Positions 12,706 to 22,810 of a stretch of 64,000 nt of DNA are shown here, piece by piece (the stretch's first letter is position 1; every line of letters begins with the position of its first letter). The notes under the pieces were generated by a model. The model saw nothing but the letters and a program-made list of their open reading frames with translations. It did no database searches and had not been told where the DNA came from. The stretch is from Hemiscyllium ocellatum (lineage: Eukaryota): contig NW_026867592.1 in the NCBI RefSeq assembly GCF_020745735.1, positions 62,001 to 126,000 of the forward strand, read 5' to 3'. The position numbers and the translations under genes were made by a program.

Positions 12706-12744
12706 CACAGCGGTCCATACCCTGGAGTGGGTAACACAATAACA
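12706..12744 (+). other. JH recombination signal, 23-bp spacer
   Basis: CACAGCG (12706-12712) + 23 nt + ACAATAACA (12736-12744). Confidence 0.85.
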
Positions 12745-13079
12745 AATTCTGCATAAAAACAAACGAAATCCTGCTGTTATTTTAAATATTCGGAAACACT
12801 GTCAAAACGAAGTCACAATAAATCGTCATCACGTTATAATTGCACTGTTGGATATTGATCATTCTTCCTAAATAATTATAATGTTTTATACTTCACAGAT
12901 ATGAGGTGATTCTAAACATCACCAACTGGTGCATCAGTAATTATCACCAATTTTACAAATTTAATTTACAATTTAAACCGTGATAATTGCACAATACCTC
13001 ACAGAACTAACACCGAAATTCAAGTTTAGATAGTCTATACAGGTAAACATTGACTCGTTTCACGCAATGGGGCTGGACG

Positions 13080-13107
13080 GGTTTTTGTATTGGTCATAAT
13101 TGCAGTG
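13080..13107 (-). other. D2 3' recombination signal, 12-bp spacer
   Basis: Minus strand CACTGCA + 12 nt + perfect ACAAAAACC (13088-13080). Confidence 0.85.
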
Positions 13108-13121
13108 TCACCCCAGTATGT
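13108..13121 (-). CDS. IGHD: IgH diversity segment D2 (ACATACTGGGGTGA)
   Basis: 14 nt flanked by two 12-spacer RSSs; about 400 bp from JH and 375 bp from D1, the usual shark cluster spacing. Confidence 0.85.
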
Positions 13122-13149
13122 CACTATGAGACACATTGTGTCAAATATT
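13122..13149 (+). other. D2 5' recombination signal, 12-bp spacer, non-consensus
   Basis: CACTATG (13122-13128) + 12 nt + TCAAATATT (13141-13149; 5/9 to consensus). Confidence 0.7.
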
Positions 13150-13458
13150 ACAGCGAGCTGCAAACTGTAAAATGCAGATATTTAATTTCATCAATTCCTG
13201 GATAGAAGTGATTCAGACTCCTCTAAAAATGATTTAGTGGAATATTTCAGCTTTTTCTATTCACTGTATTTTCAAAGCTCGGAATACTTTTGCAAGTTTA
13301 GCGTGCATTTAATGTGGTCATCAACATGAGGAAAGTAGAATAATTTTATAAATTTGTCCAAACTAGTCAATACTGGATGGGATTCAAATTAGGTCTCACG
13401 TTATTTTCTCGGTCCTTCAATGGTAATAATCGCCAGCTTGAAATAAACCCTTGTCAGT

Positions 13459-13496
13459 GGTTTTTGTGTGAGGATGTCACTGTACACATCACTGTG
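13459..13496 (-). other. D1 3' recombination signal, 22-bp spacer
   Basis: Perfect CACAGTG (13496-13490) + 22 nt + perfect ACAAAAACC (13467-13459). Confidence 0.92.
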
Positions 13497-13512
13497 ACCC
13501 ACTGTAGTAGTA
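13497..13512 (-). CDS. IGHD: D1 segment plus junction fused in frame to VH (TACTACTACAGTGGGT, YYYSG)
   Basis: Follows TGT GCA AGA directly with no intervening RSS pair; followed by the D1-type 22-RSS. Confidence 0.8.
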
Positions 13513-13814
13513 TCTTGCACAGTAATAGATGGCGGTGTCTTCGATCTTCAGGTTTTCCATCTCCAACGCGAAGATGTTGTTTGATGTGTCTTTGGACGCA
13601 GTAAATCGATTCTTAATCGCTGGAGCATAGTTATTGCTGGATGAACTTTTGTATTGAAGCAGCCACTCCAGCCCCTGTCCGGGAACCTGACGGACCCAGC
13701 TCATCCAAGTATTGTCAAGATTGAAGCCGCTGGTTTTACAGGTCAGTTTCAGGGTGGCTCCGGGATGGCCACTTTCTGCTTTTGGTTGAGTTAAAACAAT
13801 CTCGGACTGGACAC
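13513..13814 (-). CDS. IGHV: IgM VH exon
   Basis: [100 protein letters not shown]; both Cys and the Trp intact; AG at 13816-13815. Confidence 0.97.
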
Positions 13815-13945
13815 CTTTAAAAATGAAAACAAAAATAACCCATGAGCATTAATGCTGACGAAACGATGCCTGAGTCTTTTACATTCCTGAGACAGACTAA
13901 CATTGAGACAGTAACAAAGAGAGACATGAACAAAAACACACTCAC

Positions 13946-13994
13946 ATGATAAGAACGTCAGTAGCAAACTGAGAAAAATTGTTGACTTAATCAT
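13946..13994 (-). CDS. IGHV: VH leader exon (MIKSTIFLSLLLTFLS-C)
   Basis: ATG at 13994, hydrophobic signal peptide, GTGAG donor at 13945, 131-nt intron, phase 1 into VH. Confidence 0.92.
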
Positions 13995-14080
13995 TCTGAT
14001 AACTTGTGGAGAACGGTTCTGTCAAGAGCTCTCTAAACAAACCAGCTCCAGGAGTGTTGAACTAAAGCACAGTGACCCGG

Positions 14081-14087
14081 ATTTATA
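14081..14087 (-). promoter_or_regulatory. TATA box of VH promoter
   Basis: TATAAAT 87 nt upstream of the leader ATG. Confidence 0.6.
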
Positions 14088-15967
14088 TGGCCAGTAGAAG
14101 GGGCAGGCTTACATGTTCTGCCTGTTGGTTTCCTGCTGGAGACTGAGACTGGATCCTTGTATCACCTTACACAGCCCTAAAAATTGTCGCATGTTTACAC
14201 GAGGTTATTCTTAAACATGGAAATATACACACCTTGTGAAAATGTTTTGCTGATTAGCCTGCTAGGAAGTGTTTTTTGAATGGGGAAAGTGAAATTTAAC
14301 AGCTTGAAGTATTTTTCAGATGAATTTTCCAGATATTTTGTTTAAAACAACAAAACAAATTCAATTGAAAGTTATCTCCCTGTGTTCCAACATGCATTTA
14401 ATAGTAAATAAAACTAAAATTAAAGTTCGAAGATATTATCAGCCAAATAATTAACTGGCAATACTTTTTACTGGACACTCCAAGTGTCCGCCACACTACA
14501 AAATAACTTGTAAATCGTACCAGATGTTTCTAAATTCACTTTATGCAACTGAATACAGAGCGTGTACAAAGTGATTATGTATAGAATATTCAATTAGAAA
14601 TTAATTCCGTTTAATTCTACGTTCAACCACAAGCAGTAAAAGCTAAAAGGAAGTTCAATATCATTGTCAGACAATACAATTACTGACTTTATTTCTGCAA
14701 GCACTCCAAGTTTCTCTCAAATTACAAAATAAGGTATCATTTCTAATTGGCGTTCCTAAATTCAATTTAGGCAAGCTAATATCGAGCATGTCTAAAATGA
14801 ATCTGTTTAGAATGTGTGTGTGTGTCACTAAACTGTTTAGACACGGAGATTAGAAGAACTTCCCCATATTACCGAATCTCTCTCCTTGTATCTTTTTTCA
14901 ACATGAACCGACCAGAAGATAGATATTTGAAAATGGATAGTAAAGGAAAGCTGTGTGCCCTAGAAATAAAAAGTGAATTGACAATGAAACGTAACACTCA
15001 GATAAACCTTTGAAAGAGAATCTAATAAAGTGGAGCAGGCCGGTCGAGAAGTTAGAAAATAATTCTCAACATTCAAACCATTGCAGGTAACTATTTGGGT
15101 ACATCAGGAGTGTCTGGCAAGTTACAGAGTATTACATCAATAATTGCCACGGATGTAGATCATAAGCAGCACATTTCTCCGCGCATTGGTAAGTGTGACA
15201 CGGAACTGTCAACGAGTAGAAATCAGTGAAAACTATGCATTACACTTCACCGGTGCTCACTGTGTATAAATGCCCCACTCGGTTTTACTGAAATGCATTA
15301 ATCAGAGAATGGTGCAACAGGTTATGCGAGTTCAAGCCAATTCAAGTTTGTCAACTTACTTTGAGAAAATGACAAATGTTAGTACAATGTGGGAGTTTGG
15401 TTCCATTAAAGTCATATTCAAGGGCTTTAAAAGTCCTCAATACAAACGGTTTATTAACTATGCTGATCTTCAGCAGGAACTAATATAAATGTCTGTCATG
15501 CAGTCAATTTCCTGTTTCCTGATTGTCACACAGTGAATGTTATGTTGAGTGACCATCCTTGTTAAAGAAGAAATGCCAAGTGAAATGTGTCTATTTTGGG
15601 TAAAGTAGAAAATACAGTTTGTTTGGTGAGATTTTGTTTTAGTTGATTCATACTGCCTTAAATCTGCCAGATACAGTAGTTGGCAGCAATTAAGCCGACT
15701 GCAGAAATGGTTTGCGAGCTTCCAGTTTCATTTACCGGAAGCATCTGGAGTCTCTGCAGTAGATCAAAGATATTTTGTCTCACTGTTGACCACTTGCCAG
15801 AAAGCCAACATCAAACCATAACCACTGCCTCGGCATTAATAAATCTACTCAGCAACAATGCTACAGAAAATATTATTTTTTAGCTGTGCAACTTGGAGAA
15901 CTGGTCCCTTCTCTCATTAAAACAAATATTCAGAGTCTCAGACACAACATAAAAGTCAAGGTTGAAT

Positions 15968-16240
15968 TTCCGACTCAGTCCCGACTCAGGCGACTGACTG
16001 TGTGGAGTTTGCACATTCTCGCCGTGTCTCCATGGGTTTCCTCCGGGTGCTCCTGTTTCCACCCACTGTCCAGAAATGTGCAGGTCAGGTGAATTGGCCA
16101 TGCCAAATTGCCCGTAGTGTTAGGTAGAGGGATAAATGTAGGGGTCCCGGTGGGTTGCGCTTCGGCGCATCGGTGTGGACTTGTTGGTCCAAAGGGCCTG
16201 TTTCTACACTGTAAGAAATCTAAGAAATCTAATCTAATCA
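15968..16240 (+). mobile_element. tRNA-derived SINE, 5'-truncated
   Basis: ttcccgactcaggcgactgactgtgtggagtttgcac body and (ctaat)n tail shared with 55589-55892. Confidence 0.8.
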
Positions 16241-16289
16241 ACATTTCACTGGAGGATCACTATAGCACTCTATGAATTTGTGAAAAACA

Positions 16290-16800
16290 AATAGATAGCT
16301 AGTCACGGAGTCATGGAGTGAAATAATGGAGAAACATACCCTTCGGTCCAACCAGTCAATGGGCAACCATAATCTCAAACGAAACTAATTCCACCCGTAT
16401 TGGCTCATATCCTCCCAAACAGCTCTTATTCATGGACTTAACTAAAAGGCTTTTAAAATTTATAACTGTATTCATAACTAACTCTTCTTCTGGAAGTTAA
16501 TTCCTCACACGAACCATTCTCTGTGTAAAAGTTGCCGCTGATATCATTTTAAAACTTTTCTCCTCTCACCTTAAAAAAAATGTTCTCTACTCTTGAAATC
16601 CCCCAACACTAGGGAAAAGACATTTGCCATTTTCCTTACCATTCATGGCCTTTATAAACTTGTACAAGGTCACCTCTCGAACTCTTACGCTCCAGTGAAA
16701 GAAGTTCGAGCTATCTGGATATCCAACAGTGGATCTGTTCCTCACATTCTCCCGCGTGTTTAAATTAGAAAGCCTCCTGCCTCCCCACGTCCACATATAA
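16290..16800 (-). mobile_element. CR1 3' fragment
   Basis: Degenerate RRLRGDLI/YKIM-type segment and CR1 tail. Confidence 0.55.
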
Positions 16801-17689
16801 CATTCCTTGATTTTATTTCAAAGAATTGAAAGGGACTTGTCCTTCCTGTATTGTTCAATTTTATTTTGCTTCAAACATCATCACAAAAACTGTTGTCCAT
16901 GTCATTGCTGATTCATGGGAGATCCCCGCGCGCACAATGTCTACTGAAATACCTACATAACCATCCTGAATGTACTTCGCAAGTACACCTCTTACTCACA
17001 AACACAATTAGACACCAGGAACAGTGAATACCCTCTCTGCACGCCGCCACACCTTTTACTTTGCCATTTGTGAAAACCGTACTGTCAATATTAAGTAAAA
17101 TAAATATATTTGTTTTAACTTTCTTAATTCATGTTGCTGATCTTGGCAGAATAAAAGGATGTTGTTGTCAGCATTTCTGGGGAACATGCGGACATTAATT
17201 TTCATGTTAAAATAAATTTAATAAGTAAGTCAAGAACAGTTTAAATGACTCGAAAAACGATGATTAGAAATGGGTCATGAAGATTCTCAGGGCTGTGCCA
17301 ACTGTTTCAATAGTGATATAAATCTGCCTACAGTTTTCCCATGAGTCAGCATTTAATAGCATTGGATATCATGTCTGTGTGGTCAATGGATTTGACCTTG
17401 CACAATGATCCCGACTGTAATGGCTCCGCATTGCCTTTTGCACTATTTACATCATATTTTGACGTGAATACAAGTAAGTTCCCCAGCTGCTGGTGGTGAT
17501 AGTTTACACGATATCAGTTAATGTTAATGAAGCAAAACATTAGAACAATGACAATTGAAAAAAAAAATACGACATCCATGCAGACACACTCGTGGCCACA
17601 AATCTGATCACTTTATTACTGTCAGAATGGAAGTATTTTCGAATGAGTCTCGGAGGATGCTGCTAAGATTGGAAGAAAGCAGCAATAAC

Positions 17690-18080
17690 GAAATTCGAGT
17701 TCGCCTGGAATTGTTCATTTAGAGCAGAGGAGGTTAAGGGATATTTTTCTTAAGAAACACTCAAATTTTATGCATGGATAAAATCGATGGGAAAAACCTC
17801 CTTAGTTTGGGGGTGGGAGGGTGGTGGAGAGTTCGATAACTAAGGTGCTTAGACATAAATGATAAACAGCAAACTCACGGGGACGATTCGGGAAACTCAC
17901 AGCCTGAAAGGATAGTAGATGCAGGAACACTCAAATCATTAAAAATGAGCTTGGCTCTATACTTCACGTGCTATAATCTGATGAGTTATGGATAATATAC
18001 TATGAATTGGGTGCAAGCTGGGAGGCTCTGTTTTTACATGGCACAGGCCTGATAAGCAAAGTGATCCCTCTCTGTCATTA
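17690..18080 (+). mobile_element. CR1 3' fragment, degenerate
   Basis: ttgttcatttagagcagaggaggttaaggg (LFSLEQRRLRG relic). Confidence 0.45.
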
Positions 18081-19049
18081 AACATTTCTATTACTCTAAA
18101 TCCCCCCCTTCCTACTTTGTTTAATTCGAAGGCTGTAATTCATCTGATTTATATGGGAAATGTTTCAAACTTTCATTTCAATGATATCCCAAATCAATAA
18201 ACACCACCTGACACACTGTCTAGTAATGAGGAAATTAATGGTCTAGTTAATGATCCCAAATGATGCCTGGCTTAACATCCCTTTATTCAAATAATGATTT
18301 GGAGATGCCGGTGTTGGACTGGAGTGTACAAAGTAAAAAAATTACACAACACTAGGTTATAGTTCAACAGGTTTATTTGGAAGCAGTATCCTTTGGAGCG
18401 CTGCTCCTTCATCAGGTGGAGTACAAGATTGTAAGACACAGAATTTGCAGCAAAAGTTTACAATGTGATATAATTGAAATTAAATAATGAACTAGGTTGT
18501 CTTAAGTTTCTCATCTTTTAGAATGAGCATGTTGGTTTCAGTTCTTTCATATGTAAATAGCAGAACATTTATAAAGTTACATTCTCAAGTGAACTTTAAC
18601 AATTCGTGTCATGTTGGCCCAGATAATTCATTTAAGTTGTGAGGTGTCCTCTGTGACACTGTCTGTGACACAATGTTCAGACTGATTCTAATCTAGAAAA
18701 AGGATTTACAGAATCTAACATAGATTCATGCAGGTTTGGAGAAAAATTAAATGTAATTCTGCAAGTACAAATTAACCCCACAAATTTCTTTGTGTGTGTG
18801 TGTGTGTGTGTTTGGGGGGGGGGGGGGGAGGTTATGAGCGTTCTTGTGAGTGTGTGCGTATGTGTGTGTGTGAGTATAAACTGGTATAAGTCTGCCACAG
18901 GTTACATGTCTGACCATGTGAGTGTGGGAGTGTATGAGAGACATCTTGTGCATGAGAGGACCCGCATGGGTGTATTTGTAGGATCGCGTGTGTGTATGCA
19001 GGAGCGTGTCTAGGAATGTGTGTGGCTCTGTCTATGTTTAAAATCTGAT

Positions 19050-19935
19050 TGAAGATTTGTAGCTCGGGTATCCGTTGTTGTGGTTCTGCTCGCCGAGCTG
19101 GAAGTTTTTGCTGCAAACGTTTCGTTCCCTGGCTAGGGAACATCATCAGTGCGGTGGGAGCCTCGTGTGAAGCGCTGCTTTGATGTTTCTTCCGGTATTT
19201 ATATTGGTTTGTTCTTGCCGCTTCCGGGTGTCAGTTTCAGCTGCAGTGATTTGTATGTGGGGTCCAGGTCGATGTGTCTGTTGATGGATGTTCTTGCCGC
19301 TTCCGGGTGTCAGTTTCAGCTGTAGTGGTTTGTATATGGTGTCCAGGTCAATGTGTCTATTGATGGAGTTTGGGGATGAATGCCATGCTTCTAGGAATTC
19401 TCTGGCTGTTCTCTGTCTGGCTTGTCCTATGATAGTGGTGTTTTCCCAGTCAAATTCATGTTGCTGGTTGTCTGAGTGTATGGCTACTAGAGATAGCTGG
19501 TCGTGTCGTTTTGTGGCTAGCTGATGTTCGTGGATGCGGATTGTTAGCTGTCTTCCTGTTTGTCCTATATAGTGTTTTGTGCAGTCCTTGCATGGTATTT
19601 TGTAAACTACGTTAGTTTGGCTCATGCTGGGTATTGGGTCCTTTGTTCTAGTGAGTTGTTGTCTGAGCGTGGATGTTGGCTTGTGTGCTGTTATGAGTCC
19701 TAAGGGTCGCAGTAGTCTGGCTGTCAGTTCTGAGACACTCCTGACGTATGGTAGAGTGGCTAGTCCTTTTGGTTGTGGCATGTCCTCGTTCCGTGGTCTA
19801 TCTCTTAGGCATCTGGTGATAAAGTTGCGTGGGTATCCGTTTTTGGCGAATACCTTGTATAGATGTTCCTCTTCCTCTTTTCGCAGTTCTGGTGTACTGC
19901 AGTGTGTTGTGGCCCTTTTGAATAGTGTCCTGAGT
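19050..19935 (-). mobile_element. Young 5'-truncated Penelope-like element (RT thumb end plus GIY-YIG endonuclease)
   Basis: About 215 uninterrupted codons: LRTLFKRATTHCSTPELRKEEEEHLYKVFAKNGYP...VVYKIPCKDCTKHYIGQTGRQLTIRIHEH...REFLEAWHS; partial tandem and hammerhead in the tail. Confidence 0.9.
19111..19154 (-). ncRNA. Minimal type I hammerhead ribozyme motif in PLE tail
   Basis: GCA-CUGAUGA-U-GUUCCCU/AGCC/AGGGAAC-GAAA-CGUU-UGC: intact core, 7-bp stem II, palindromic AACGUU stem III, 3-bp stem I. Confidence 0.75.
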
Positions 19936-19982
19936 ACATGAGTCTGTATGTGTGCGCATGTCTGTATCTGGGTGTATGCCTG

Positions 19983-20019
<37 letters not shown>

Positions 20020-20344
20020 TGCAGTGAGGTCACCTGTAGTGTCACATGAACCCAAAGTCCCGGTTGAGCCAATCCCCACAGGTACCGAACTTGGCTATCA
20101 GCCTCTGCTCAGCCACTTTGCTTTGGTGCCCATCCCGAAGTTCACCTTGGAGGACGATCACTCGAAGATCCAAGGTCGAATATCCTGGACCACTGAAGGG
20201 TTCACCGTCTGGAAGGGAACACTCCTGACTGTTAATTGTTGTGCGGTGTCCATTCATATGTTGCAGTCGCTTCTGCTCATTCCCGCCAAAGTACCATGCT
20301 GCATAGCTTCCTTGCCTACAGTGTATGAGATAGACAACGTTGGA

Positions 20345-21637
20345 TGAGTCACATGCGTTCACACACAAAGAGAGAAAACCAGATACACACCCAGACACAG
20401 ACACACAGACACACACACACAGACACACACACACACACACACACACTCCTACTTGAGGAAAGACATTCTGGCTATTGAGGGAGTGCAGCGTAGGTTCACG
20501 AGGTCAATTCCCAGAATGGGGGGACTGTCTTACGCTGAAAGATTGGAGCGACTGGGCTTGTATACGCTTGAGTTCAGAAGGCTGAGAGGGGATCTGATTG
20601 AGACGTATAAGAATATTAAAGGATTGGACACTCTGGAGACAGGAAGCATGTTTACGCTGACGGGTGAGTCACGAACCAGAGGACACAGTTTTAAAATAAG
20701 GAGTAGGCCACTTAGCACTGAGTTGAGGAGAAATTTCTTCACCCAGAGAGTGGCGGGTGTATAGAATGTTCTGCCCCAGAAGGCTGTGGAGGCCAAGTCT
20801 CTAGATACTTTCAAGAAAGAGATGGATAGAGCTCCTAAGGATAGTGGAATCAAGGGTTATGGAGATAAGGCAGGAACAGGATACTGATTGAGGATGATCA
20901 GCCATGATCACAATGAATGGTGGTGCTGGCTCGAAGGGCAGAATGGCCCACTCCTGCACCTATTGTCTATTGTCTATTGTCTAATACTCGCACGGGCCCT
21001 CTCATAACACAAGCTCTCTCTCATACTCTCACACGTACACTCCCACATGCACATGCATCCACTCACAGACTTATACCCCTTTCCACTCACACTCATATTT
21101 ACACACATATGCACACTCTCTCACACTGTCCACCCTTCGTGACACACACACACAACCACAAAGAAGTTTGTGAGTTGAATTTATACTTGCAGTATTAAAT
21201 TATGTTTTGCTCAAACATTGCCTGAATCCATGTAAGATTCTGTAAATCAGTTACTTTTTAAGATTAGAATCAGTCTGAATATTGTCTCATGGACAGTCTC
21301 GCACAGGGCACCTCACACCTTCACTGCATTATCTAGGCCGACATGACACCAATTGTTAAAGTTCACAGGAGAATGTAACTTTGAAAAGTTCTGCGATTTA
21401 CATATGAAAGAATTGAAACCAATATGATCATTCTTAAAGATGAGAGACTTAGTAAACATTCCAGGTATTTTTCATTACATAATTTCAATTATATCACACT
21501 GTAACCTTTTGCTATAAATTCTGTGTCTTGCAATCTTATACTGCACAACCATCTGATAAAGGAGCTGTGCTCTGAAAACTAGTGCTTCCAAATAAGATTT
21601 GTTGGACTACACCCTGGAGCTGTGTGATTTTTAAGTT
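20345..21637 (+). mobile_element. Inverted second copy of the older PLE tail, interrupted by a CR1 fragment
   Basis: 21150-21637 matches the reverse complement of 18300-18790; degenerate hammerhead ctgataaaggagc..gctctgaaaactagtg near 21553-21584. Confidence 0.7.
20448..20983 (+). mobile_element. CR1 3' fragment with (attgtct)n tail
   Basis: RKDILAIEGVQRRFTR...LGLYTLEFRRLRGDLIETYK; tail tattgtctattgtctattgtct. Confidence 0.8.
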
Positions 21638-22479
21638 TATTCAACTAAGGTCAATAAATTAAAATAACAAAGTGAAAGGCACACACCGTACATTTAGGCA
21701 GATCAGCCAGTTTCATGTCTCAGTAGACACAATTAAAATTCAGAACATTGCAGTGAAGAAAGATGAGCCCTCATAACATTGGAAATTATTTTTTTGATAA
21801 AATAATTCATTGTTGTCATGCTTAGAGTAATTCCTTCGAACCAACTTGCTTTTTTTTTACAGGGTAACACACGAGATGTTACTTTAATCCAATTGATGTG
21901 AACCATTTACACGTCAAAGGTTATTTGAAAACGTTCTTCATAACTGACATTCCAGCAAAGTTTAGAAATTATAGATCAAAATGGGCAGTTGCTTTTTTTT
22001 CGACTCAAGGAAGATCCATAGTGATGGTTTGCAGGTGGAAGTGTTTGGACCTGTGACTGTTTTCATTTATTGTTTTGACTAAGCTCTTGGCAAACAATGA
22101 ACAGCTTCACAAGTTGCTATAACACGAACCTACCAACCAGTGGGATCCAGGAAGATGCGAATACAAAATTTAGTAAGGACCGAGCGAGGTTTGCAGATGG
22201 GACAACAAGTGACAATGACATTCAGCACAGGGATTCTTGACGTAATTAATTTAACGAGGAAGGACACAGAAACACAAATTCATGTCTCTGTTTGCATTTC
22301 CATAAACTATAAATTACTTTTCTATTATATTCTAAAATACTGGTCTTTGTCTGTTTGTAGTTGATACACCATGTCTTCACCTGGGCTAAGAAACTTCCTT
22401 TATTTATTGAATATAAGACTCTATCTAAAATACGCTGTACTTTCTCTCAGTAGTGACCCAACTCGGTCTCGAACAGATA

Positions 22480-22810
22480 TTTAACCTCATCTAGCCCCAC
22501 ATACCAGCACTTAGCCTATATCCCTCTAAAACCTTCCTACTCGTGTAATCATCCAGATTCCTTTTAAATGTTGCAATTGTACCAGCCTCCACCACTTTCT
22601 CTGGCAGTTCAATCCATGCACGTACCACCCTTTGCATTAAAACGTGTTCCCTTAGGACTCTTCTATATCTTACTCCTCTCACCCTAAATCTCCCTCTCCC
22701 GATCCCCAGGGAAACCACCTTGTGTATTTATCGTATCCATGCTCCTCATTATTTTATAAACTTCTATAAGATCACCCCTAAGCTTCCAAATCTTCAAGGA
22801 AAACAGCCCC
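22480..22810 (-). mobile_element. CR1 3' fragment
   Basis: VVRAWIELPEKVVEAGTIATFKRNLD peptide (ORF 22491-22718). Confidence 0.65.

Larger units (their letters stand above)
18294..20366 (-). mobile_element. Older Penelope-like element (GIY-YIG relic, CA-rich spacer, hammerhead-type tail), interrupted by a younger PLE
   Basis: CDSSNVVYLIHCRQG...AEQRLIAKFGT...LNRDFGFM in ORF 20042-20446; tail 18294-18790 with degenerate CCTGATGAAGGAGC core. Confidence 0.7.

Noticed and set aside
13478-13484. Second heptamer-like TACAGTG inside the D1 spacer (possible dual 12/22 RSS)
   Set aside because: Lacks the essential CAC and is only 10 nt from the nonamer
13518-13524. Cryptic heptamer TACTGTG at the VH 3' end
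   Set aside because: Ordinary consequence of the YYC codons in most VH genes; no evidence of use here
956-13994. Assignment as IgNAR, IgW or IgM1gj
   Set aside because: Conventional VH with a WVRQ..GLEW framework, two D segments and a mu-type CH1; a CH2 exon is present and the VDJ is not fully joined
14068-14074. Perfect CACAGTG in the VH promoter (also at 15529-15535)
   Set aside because: No nonamer at 12 or 23 nt spacing
19146-20072. 308-aa ORF as an expressed gene
   Set aside because: The N-terminus is read through (CA)n and an older element; the RT core is missing, so it is a truncated PLE
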